Below are positions 19,428-27,438 of a stretch of DNA of 47,066 nt, piece by piece. This DNA is from Fidelibacterota bacterium (GTDB taxonomy: Bacteria; Fidelibacterota; Marinisomatia; Marinisomatales; TCS55). Location: assembly GCA_027251445.1 (NCBI GenBank), contig JAPNQO010000101.1, positions 1 through 47,066 on the forward strand. Reading direction: 5' to 3'. The position numbers were made by a program, and so were the translations under genes. The notes under the pieces were generated by a model that worked only from the letters and a program-made list of their open reading frames with translations, searched no databases and was not told the origin of the DNA. How positions within the stretch are numbered: the stretch's first letter is position 1; each line of letters opens with the position of its first letter.

Positions 19428-19940
19428 ATGAAAATCAATCTTATGAGCAACGATACTTATTCAGAATCGCAACTAACTGGTCTTGTTATATTACGTATCT
19501 TAATAGGATGGCATTTTCTTTACGAGGGTATTTCAAAAATAATTAATCCATATTGGAGTTCAGCTGCCTATTTACTTGATTCCAAATGGATATTATCCTC
19601 ATTAGCAAAAACAATTGTTGCAAATTCAACTCTCTTAAACTTTACAGATTTAATCAATATGTGGGGATTAACTTTGGTTGGTTTATCATTACTTTTAGGA
19701 TTATTTAGCAAGTATGGCGCACTCATAGGCATGGGATTCGTATTGCTTTACTATTTATTCGCTCCTCCTTTTATTGGCTTAGAATATGGTAAACCTGGAG
19801 AAGGAAGTTATATAATTGTAAATAAAAACCTTATCGAGGCATTTGCATTATATGTTTTGTATCTGTTTCCAAGTAGTCAATTAATAGGTATGGATCGATT
19901 ATTCAATTCATCAAAATCAAATTCGTCAGGAGATAAATAA
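19428..19940 (+). CDS. DoxX family membrane protein
   Basis: LRILIGWHFLYEG..K, WGLTLVGLSLLLGLF, YIIVNKNLIE and GMD motifs; about 4 TM helices; AAGGAAGG SD. Confidence 0.88.
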   Translation: MKINLMSNDTYSESQLTGLVILRILIGWHFLYEGISKIINPYWSSAAYLLDSKWILSSLAKTIVANSTLLNFTDLINMWGLTLVGLSLLLGLFSKYGALIGMGFVLLYYLFAPPFIGLEYGKPGEGSYIIVNKNLIEAFALYVLYLFPSSQLIGMDRLFNSSKSNSSGDK

Positions 19941-21535
19941 TGAGTCAAAATAATAATAAAAAACAAGCTGACTTATTGAACCGTAGAGAAGTTTTAAAGG
20001 GATTGGCAACTGTCCCCGTATTGGGATTATTCTTTATCAAATTATGGCAAAAATTACGATTAGATAGATTAAAGAAATCAAACCTCTTACAAGACCTTGT
20101 CAAAGAAAATAAAGCTCCTTCTATAGTAAAAAATATTGGTAATAATGATCATTTACGTGTTGGTGTTGTTGGATATGGAGGTCGTGGTGGTCATCTTACA
20201 AGAGGCCTTGGTTTTGCAACCCCCGATTGGACAACAAATGCAGCTGAAAGTGCTAAAAAGAATAAGCTAAATAAAGGATTTGAAACATTTATGTCTCAAA
20301 CCGATCTTAATTGTTCTCTAGTTGGTGTGTGTGATTTATTTGACGCAAGGGCTGAATCTGGAGTTGCAGCTTCAAAGAACGAAATACGTGCAGGAGGAAA
20401 ACCTAAGGAATCAGCAGTACGCTATAGACATTACACTGATCTAGTCTCAAGTAAGGATATCGATGCTGTAATTATTGCCACTCCTGATCACTGGCATTCT
20501 AGAGTTGCAATTGCTGCTGCGAAAGAAGGTAAACACGTGTATTGTGAGAAGGGGTTAACAAGGACATTTGATGAAACAATTGAATTATATGATACGGTAA
20601 AAGAAACTGGTATTACTTTCCAACTCGGACATCAGAATAGACAAGTTGAAGCATACGAGCAAGCAAAGAAAATTATTAACCAAGGTTTACTTGGGCCTGT
20701 TAATCTAGTTCAACTAACAACAAATAGAAATTCTCCTGGTGGAGCTTGGGTGTGGGGTATTGATCCAAGAGGAAATTCTAAAACAATTGACTGGGATACT
20801 TTTCAAGAACCTTCTCCAAATAAAATACCATTCGGCGAAGAAGCATTAAGAAGATTTTTCCGCTGGAGATGTTGGTTTGACTATGGAACAGGTTTATCTG
20901 GTGATCTTTTTTCCCATGATTTTGATCAGATTAACCAAATTATGGGTTTAGGTATTCCTAAGTATGCATCATCATCTGGAGGTATTTATTATTATAAAGA
21001 TGGAAGAGATGTTCCAGATGTTTGGAATGCTACACTAGAATATCCAGATAAAGATTTGACTGTATTATATAGTGCAACTCTATCTAGTCTAAATAGTCGT
21101 GGAAATAGAATTATGGGTCACGATGCTACAATGCAGATAGGTGGAGAATCAAACTCTGGAGCCTTGGGTGGATTTATTGTGAAAGCAGATCCTTATTCTA
21201 CAAGATATAAAGATCGAATTGATAAAGGTGTGATTAATTCAAAATATCCAATTTATTCATACGCACCAGGATCTAAAGAAATTGATGGAATCACCTCAGC
21301 AACATCTCAATATTTTGCTAACAAAGGGCTATTATATACTTATCGTGATGGTAAGCGAGTAGATTCAACGCATTTGCATGTAAAAGATTGGATCGATTCC
21401 ATCCGAAGCAAATCATTACCCACTTGTAATATTGAAGAAGCTCTACATGAGGGTGTAACATGCCATATGGCTACAGAGTCATATCTTCAAGGACGTAGAA
21501 TAGAATGGGATCCAGTTAATCGTAGATTAGTATAA
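19940..21535 (+). CDS. Gfo/Idh/MocA family NAD-dependent oxidoreductase with twin-arginine-like N-terminus
   Basis: NRREVLKG Tat-like motif; VGVVGYGGRG, DAVIIATPDHWH, GKHVYCEK, FQLGHQ.R and WR.WFDYGTG..GDLFSH; TAATG coupling to the DoxX gene. Confidence 0.92.
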   Translation: MSQNNNKKQADLLNRREVLKGLATVPVLGLFFIKLWQKLRLDRLKKSNLLQDLVKENKAPSIVKNIGNNDHLRVGVVGYGGRGGHLTRGLGFATPDWTTNAAESAKKNKLNKGFETFMSQTDLNCSLVGVCDLFDARAESGVAASKNEIRAGGKPKESAVRYRHYTDLVSSKDIDAVIIATPDHWHSRVAIAAAKEGKHVYCEKGLTRTFDETIELYDTVKETGITFQLGHQNRQVEAYEQAKKIINQGLLGPVNLVQLTTNRNSPGGAWVWGIDPRGNSKTIDWDTFQEPSPNKIPFGEEALRRFFRWRCWFDYGTGLSGDLFSHDFDQINQIMGLGIPKYASSSGGIYYYKDGRDVPDVWNATLEYPDKDLTVLYSATLSSLNSRGNRIMGHDATMQIGGESNSGALGGFIVKADPYSTRYKDRIDKGVINSKYPIYSYAPGSKEIDGITSATSQYFANKGLLYTYRDGKRVDSTHLHVKDWIDSIRSKSLPTCNIEEALHEGVTCHMATESYLQGRRIEWDPVNRRLV

Positions 21536-21571
21536 ATACTAAGTTCAAATAGTGAAGGATGATTCTATTCC

Positions 21572-22042
21572 ATGATTGCAGTTAGCTGGGAAATAGCTAT
21601 TACTCAAAGTAATAAGTGGAAGGATTCTGGAAAAACAATTGTATTTACAAATGGTTGTTACGATTTAATTCACGCAGGCCATATTGATTTACTGGCTAAT
21701 GCAAAAAATAAAGGTGATAAGTTAATTGTTGGACTCAATAGCGATAGATCTGTAAAACGGTTAAAAGGTCATAATCGTCCCATACAAACTTTTGATGATA
21801 GGCTTATTATTTTAGATGCAATTAAATCTGTGGATATGATAGTTGGATTTGATGAAGATACTCCTGAGAAATTAATTAATAAAATACTTCCACATGTTCT
21901 GGTAAAAGGTGGTGACTATTCTATAGATAAGGTTGTAGGTGCGGACACTGTAATATCACATGGTGGTAGAGTAGAAATCATTGATTTAATTGAGGGTAAA
22001 AGTACCTCTTCAATTTTAGATCAGATATTAAAATTAAAATAA
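21572..22042 (+). CDS. rfaE2: D-glycero-beta-D-manno-heptose 1-phosphate adenylyltransferase (RfaE2/HldC)
   Basis: VFTNGCYDLIHAGH, LIVGLNSDRSVKRLKG..RP, FDEDTP, LVKGGDY and GKSTS. Confidence 0.9.
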   Translation: MIAVSWEIAITQSNKWKDSGKTIVFTNGCYDLIHAGHIDLLANAKNKGDKLIVGLNSDRSVKRLKGHNRPIQTFDDRLIILDAIKSVDMIVGFDEDTPEKLINKILPHVLVKGGDYSIDKVVGADTVISHGGRVEIIDLIEGKSTSSILDQILKLK

Positions 22043-22044
22043 AC

Positions 22045-23211
22045 ATGATCAAGCTTTTATTATTAACAATATGCTGTTCTATACTTATTGGAAAACCATT
22101 CTTTCAAGAAAATTCTATCTTTCCATTCCAAGATAAACATGTACACGGAAGCAGTATTATTGAAGCTCCAAATGGAGATTTATTATCTTGTTGGTTTTAT
22201 GGATCAGGTGAAAGAACAGCCAACGATGTACTTATAAAAGGAAGTCGTCTTAAAAAAGGGAGTGATAATTGGGGTGATGTTTTTGATATGGCTGATACTC
22301 CTGATTTACCAGACTGTAATCCCGTATTGTGGGTTGATAATAATGAGAAATTATGGTTGTTTTGGATAGCTGTACGAGCAAATCGATGGGAGAATTCAAT
22401 TCTTAGATATAGAACATCTATTAATTATTTAAACGAGGGAACACCTGATTGGAATTGGCAAGATAATATTATAATAAAACCAGGAGAGAAGTTTTCAGAG
22501 AATATTCAACTAGCGTTTGAAGAATATATTGATGAACCAATGTGGGCTGAATATGCCTTGCCCTACTCAAAATTAATTATTAAAGCTGCAAAGGATCCTG
22601 AAAAAAGACAAAAAGGATGGATGACACGAATTCATCCTTTATTACTAGAATCTGGTAGAATATTATTACCACTTTATTCAGATGGATACAATGTATCACT
22701 TATTGCAATAAGTGATAACAATGGAAAAAGCTGGAAAGCAAGTAGTCCCATAGTTGGACTAGGACCTATACAGCCAAGTTTAGTGAAAAAGAAAAATGGT
22801 CATATTATAGCATACATGAGAGATTCTGGCACTGATCCAAAAAGAATATTAAAAAGTATTTCGAAAGACAATGGAGAGACTTGGTCGTTTGCTACAGATA
22901 CAAAAATACCAAATCCAAGCTCAAGTATTGAAGTGTTGCAACTCAAGAATGGAAATTGGATAATGGCATGTAATGATACAGAATCTGGTCGGAATCAAAT
23001 GGCTATTTTATTATCATTTAACGAGGGAAAATCATGGGAAATAAAAAAATATATAGGCAAACACGAACAAAATAGTGGAATCACATTTGCTTATCCATCC
23101 TTAATTCAATCCACAGATGGATTGATACATCTAACCTATTCCTTAAAAAATAATGAAGGAAAAACAATTCAACATGCTACGTTTAATGAAGATTGGATAA
23201 AAAAGAAATAA
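22045..23211 (+). CDS. BNR_2 / sialidase-fold (Asp-box) secreted protein
   Basis: Signal peptide; HGSSI.E..NGDLL..WF.G.GE, PDCNPVL; Asp-boxes SDNNGKSW, SKDNGETW and SFNEGKSW; YPSLIQ..DG.IHLTYS. Confidence 0.88.
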   Translation: MIKLLLLTICCSILIGKPFFQENSIFPFQDKHVHGSSIIEAPNGDLLSCWFYGSGERTANDVLIKGSRLKKGSDNWGDVFDMADTPDLPDCNPVLWVDNNEKLWLFWIAVRANRWENSILRYRTSINYLNEGTPDWNWQDNIIIKPGEKFSENIQLAFEEYIDEPMWAEYALPYSKLIIKAAKDPEKRQKGWMTRIHPLLLESGRILLPLYSDGYNVSLIAISDNNGKSWKASSPIVGLGPIQPSLVKKKNGHIIAYMRDSGTDPKRILKSISKDNGETWSFATDTKIPNPSSSIEVLQLKNGNWIMACNDTESGRNQMAILLSFNEGKSWEIKKYIGKHEQNSGITFAYPSLIQSTDGLIHLTYSLKNNEGKTIQHATFNEDWIKKK

Positions 23212-23214
23212 GAA

Positions 23215-23251
23215 TAAAAAAAAGTCCCTTTACTTTTTAAATAAAGGGACT
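23215..23251 (-). terminator. Intrinsic terminator between the convergent gene blocks
   Basis: AGTCCCTTTA (23223-23232) / TAAAGGGACT (23242-23251) 10-bp stem; the A-run to its left gives a U-tract on the - strand. Confidence 0.8.
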
Positions 23252-23274
23252 ATAAACAAATATTTTGTTAAAAA

Positions 23275-24228
23275 TTATCTAAGTAAAAGCATTTTCTTCT
23301 TCGCTATAAAATCACCGGATCGTAATTCATAAAAATAGACACCTGATGCAACTGATTGACCATTATCATCAAGACCATTCCATTCAATATTATGATGACC
23401 TGGGTTTAAAGAAGAATTCATTAGAGTATTTATTTTTTTCCCAAGTAGATTGTATACAATCAATGTTGATTGCCCACCTTCTATTAAATCAAATGAAATC
23501 TTAGTAGATGGATTAAAAGGATTGGGGTAATTCTGGGACAAATTATATTTTAACGGTATTCCATTTTCTGACATTACACTAAGATTAGTTGTACTAAAGG
23601 AAACCATATTAGAAGTATCTGGAAAACTACATGCTACGTTTAAAATTTCTGGATCCATTGAAGTGCCTGGAAGATCTAATGAACCAAGGCCAAAAGATAT
23701 TGTAGCCGGTAGCCCTGCAAGTCCATTAACAGCTTTAAAGGTAAGATGAAATAAATTGCCTTCTATTCCATCACCAGATGTGTTTGCTCTAGAAGTACTA
23801 TAAGCCATCACTCTTACAAACCCATCCATCTCGTTAGCTAATAAAGTCATGGATTCAATTACTGTTGAAGTAGTTGGGTCATCTAAATTATCAAGCTTTT
23901 CACCTTTTAATACATTGCCCCCATCTTCATAGCTCAGAGCATTACCAGCATCATGGAAAATATCAATTTGTGTACCTCTAATAGGTTCATTATCAAGTAA
24001 TAATAAAGTTAGAGTAAGCGTAGAATCTTCTTCAATACCAGATAGCTCAGCATTGAAACCAACACATCCACATAACCCAGTAGCAATTACTTGGTTAAAT
24101 GTTGGGTTGGGTGAACCATTTGGTAATAAGGTTCTTAAATCCATGTGATAAGAAGAATCCGCTGGACAATCTAGCGCATAGAGATTTGCTGATAAAAGCA
24201 AGATTATTGATAATATATATTTTTTCAT
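23275..24228 (-). CDS. Secreted cohesin-like domain protein with FlgD/T9SS type A-like C-terminal domain
   Basis: Likely start MKKYILS (24228) with signal peptide; central beta-sandwich LTLLLLDNEPIRGTQIDI...VRVMAYS...GNLFHLTF; C-terminal LSQNYPNPFNPST...WNG.DD.GQSVASGVYFY...KKMLLLR. Confidence 0.72.
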   Translation of the reverse strand: MKKYILSIILLLSANLYALDCPADSSYHMDLRTLLPNGSPNPTFNQVIATGLCGCVGFNAELSGIEEDSTLTLTLLLLDNEPIRGTQIDIFHDAGNALSYEDGGNVLKGEKLDNLDDPTTSTVIESMTLLANEMDGFVRVMAYSTSRANTSGDGIEGNLFHLTFKAVNGLAGLPATISFGLGSLDLPGTSMDPEILNVACSFPDTSNMVSFSTTNLSVMSENGIPLKYNLSQNYPNPFNPSTKISFDLIEGGQSTLIVYNLLGKKINTLMNSSLNPGHHNIEWNGLDDNGQSVASGVYFYELRSGDFIAKKKMLLLR

Positions 24229-24295
24229 ATTTTTTACTACTTTCACAGTGATAGAATCTAAGCTATTCATGTTTTATTCAAAATCCAACAATTGT

Positions 24296-27200
24296 TTATT
24301 TCATTAAAATTAGTTTTTTGCTGAATAAGTTTTCGCCCATTTCCGCAATTAAGACATATACTCCACTCGTTGCAAAAGAATTATCTTTTAGGGTACCATC
24401 CCAAGAAATATTATATGTTCCAGGTTCATAATTATTTTGAGAAAGAATAGCAACTTCTCTACCTATTAAATCATAGACCCTTACATTCACGAAGCTCTGT
24501 ATTGGTATTGATAATATAAAATTTGTTCTAGGATTAAAAGGATTTGGATAGGCATTAGAAATATGATATTTATTAGGAATAGGGCTATTCTCATCTATTG
24601 ATAACTGATTTATCAAAGAAATCTCGAATGAATTCAATTCACTAATAGATACTTCACCATTGACTTTAGTGTATACACCCCAATACAATTCTTTATTATC
24701 TACATAACCAAACATAGATAATAACGTATCATAAGATAATTGAGTAGAAAGATCATTCAGCATATTTTGAGTAAATATTGGATGAATATTATCATCATTT
24801 TCAAGAATAAAGAATGTGTTTTCACTTTCAATATCTGCACTACTCCATGAAAAATCAATATGCTGATCCGATGATACTAATGTATCTACATGACCTGATA
24901 CTGGAAGTGATAAAATAGGAGAATCAGGAAACTCTACATCAGCCATCAAATAATTCAACACGCTATAAACATAATCTTTATCAGTTAAAAATGCTGCGTT
25001 TGGAGGAGAAACTGCATCCATATTAAATGCCGAAAGAATTACTCTGTAATCGGGTGATGAATATCGTAAAACTGCGCCATGTGATTCATCTCCATTATAA
25101 TAAAAAGAAAGATTCGATCTGGGATCACCATATGTTGATAATGAATCAATCCCAACACTACCAAGTGATAAAAATAATTTATTATCTGAGTTTAAACCTA
25201 CGGGATCACCATCAACGCCGCGTAATATTCCCCCAGTTCTAAAACCTGCATATCGCATTTCCAAATAATTATTTAATAATTCACTATCAGCAAGTTCTTC
25301 TCCTATGTGGCTACCAGAAAGGAAAAGGTTTTTTCCAGAATCTAGATAATCCATAATAACTTGTTTTTCAACAGCGGATAAACCATTTCCGTCAGCTGAT
25401 CCAGTATTCCAAATCACAATATCACGTAAATCTAAAGTAAGATTATCTAGAGGCGTTATCATTCTATCTAGAATTTCATAACTTATATTTAATGAATCCA
25501 TCCCTTCTACAAAACTAGCCTCTGTATTGTCGCCGTTATCATCATCAACAAGCAAAATTGGAGGAATACCTATATTAACATGCCATTCCTCTGTCACAGT
25601 TTCATTTCCATCAAAAGTAAGAGTAATATCAAAAGATGCCATCCCCAATTCCACATTTTCACTAATATTTATTAAAAAGGGATCAGAAGTATTATCGGAT
25701 TGTTCATTAGTTGCAACTGCTCCAAATTGTGTGGTTGCATCTGATATTGTGATGCCTGAATGATTTGTAGTAAGCTCTCCCGTAACAGAAGATAAGGCAT
25801 TTCCATAATTTGCTACCGTTACTACAAGTGAAATTGTTTCACCTGGATCAGGATATGCATTATCTCCTGAAACACTAAATTCAACATCATCCAATAAAAG
25901 CAAATTCTCTATAGACATAAGTGTTAGTATATAATTAGCATTAGCACCACTTGTGCTTACCACGATAGGGTTAATAGTTGCAGCATTGTAGGATGTCCAA
26001 TTATTTAAGACTGCAAATCCATCAGCATTTATATCTACTGGAATTTCAAAACCATCATCTAAGGTTCCTTGGTGAGTAAAAACTTTTAATCTCCAGTTAA
26101 AGCTTGCATCACCATCAAACTGAATTAATAAATTATCCTGCGAACCAGACCCTCTATTAATTTTTACATAATTAACCCCCATGTCATCTGGTAATTTATT
26201 TGAGGGAGGAGTATAATTTACTAATGCACCTGTTGCCGTACGGGTTATTGCTACAGGAGATATATTACTCGCTTCTTCAAATTCGCCTTCGTAATAATTA
26301 CCATGAGATCTTGATCCAGTAAAATGTCGCCAAGCGGAAAACTTTGTGAACTCATCAACAAAATTAGATTCATTATTCACAAAATAATTGTTTATGGCAG
26401 AAATTGTACCACTAATTGGTGTCTCCCAAATATTTTTTACAGCACTATCGCCAAAGTTTTCATGTATATAAAGATTCCAGATTGTTGATCCATACTGGTA
26501 TAAACCTCCCGATTCAAAATAATCTAAACTTCGGTATGGTTCATTCTGAAACGCTTGATCATATCCTTCATAACCATTCAATTCATCCCATACTATTTCT
26601 TCCGCCCATTGTGATGAGCACTCTCTATACCATGCGCCACTTGGTCCAGGATCACCATCACAACCAGTATAGGCATGCTGCACTAAATGATGAAGTTCAT
26701 GAGAAGTTGTAAGCTTATTTTGACTATCACTTAAATTCTTACTCATATAAATCCTATGATAACTACTTCCTGGAACATATCCATAGGTACCCGATTGATA
26801 TTCAATAGTGACTAAAAACATTGAATTGGTCGTACAGTTTAGAGGATTAATCCATCCTAAGTCAATATATACGGCAAGAGCATCTTCAATATATTGTCCC
26901 ATATTTTCTACAAAATCAGGGTGTCCACTATTATCATTATCTTGTGCATTACTTCCTGTCAAGCCATCTTCACCTGTTAATTGATAATTAAGCTGAACAT
27001 TTCCCTCTGGAGTGAAGTATGTTACTCTATCATTGGATCTAGTATCAAAATCAGTATTTATGTTATCTAATTTTAATTGTAAATCATTTGGAAGCTGATC
27101 ATAGTATTGTTCTGCTTCATCAATAATACCAAGACCACAAGGAATATAATCAGGTTCTGAAAACTGATACCGGTCAGGTAAAGATTCAGGAATTAATAAA

Positions 27201-27346
27201 GTACGGGCTTTTAATTCAACTGCTTCAAAATCACTTAATAATCCATCACGTAAATCTTTATTAATAAGTAATAAAGGATTATTAACGGCCATCGCTACTT
27301 CCTGAAAAGAAAATAGAAAGATTAGTATTGTAACAATATTCTTCAT
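24296..27346 (-). CDS. Secreted multidomain zinc metalloprotease (MXAN_6640-like) with FlgD/T9SS-like C-terminal domain
   Basis: Signal peptide; IPCG propeptide motif; DNDNSGHPDFVE; SHELHH (26687-26701) plus WYRE third ligand; YQYG; GDNAYPDPGE Ig domain; ILLVDDD domain; AYPNPFNP CTD. Confidence 0.82.
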   Translation of the reverse strand: MKNIVTILIFLFSFQEVAMAVNNPLLLINKDLRDGLLSDFEAVELKARTLLIPESLPDRYQFSEPDYIPCGLGIIDEAEQYYDQLPNDLQLKLDNINTDFDTRSNDRVTYFTPEGNVQLNYQLTGEDGLTGSNAQDNDNSGHPDFVENMGQYIEDALAVYIDLGWINPLNCTTNSMFLVTIEYQSGTYGYVPGSSYHRIYMSKNLSDSQNKLTTSHELHHLVQHAYTGCDGDPGPSGAWYRECSSQWAEEIVWDELNGYEGYDQAFQNEPYRSLDYFESGGLYQYGSTIWNLYIHENFGDSAVKNIWETPISGTISAINNYFVNNESNFVDEFTKFSAWRHFTGSRSHGNYYEGEFEEASNISPVAITRTATGALVNYTPPSNKLPDDMGVNYVKINRGSGSQDNLLIQFDGDASFNWRLKVFTHQGTLDDGFEIPVDINADGFAVLNNWTSYNAATINPIVVSTSGANANYILTLMSIENLLLLDDVEFSVSGDNAYPDPGETISLVVTVANYGNALSSVTGELTTNHSGITISDATTQFGAVATNEQSDNTSDPFLINISENVELGMASFDITLTFDGNETVTEEWHVNIGIPPILLVDDDNGDNTEASFVEGMDSLNISYEILDRMITPLDNLTLDLRDIVIWNTGSADGNGLSAVEKQVIMDYLDSGKNLFLSGSHIGEELADSELLNNYLEMRYAGFRTGGILRGVDGDPVGLNSDNKLFLSLGSVGIDSLSTYGDPRSNLSFYYNGDESHGAVLRYSSPDYRVILSAFNMDAVSPPNAAFLTDKDYVYSVLNYLMADVEFPDSPILSLPVSGHVDTLVSSDQHIDFSWSSADIESENTFFILENDDNIHPIFTQNMLNDLSTQLSYDTLLSMFGYVDNKELYWGVYTKVNGEVSISELNSFEISLINQLSIDENSPIPNKYHISNAYPNPFNPRTNFILSIPIQSFVNVRVYDLIGREVAILSQNNYEPGTYNISWDGTLKDNSFATSGVYVLIAEMGENLFSKKLILMK

Positions 27347-27438
27347 GCAAAAACTTCTATAATTAATCCCTGTATAAATTTATACGTTCTTCAATCAATA
27401 ATTACTCATTAGCAATTATTAACAAAAATTATTGAAAG

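Noticed and set aside
22045..23211. True sialidase / nan operon
   Set aside because: Asp-boxes present but no clear FRIP motif and no nanA/nanE/nanK; only the fold can be called
27372..27385. Perfect 14-bp palindrome GTATAAATTTATAC upstream of the protease gene
   Set aside because: Almost all A/T in an AT-rich spacer and no second copy seen; could be an operator but chance cannot be excluded
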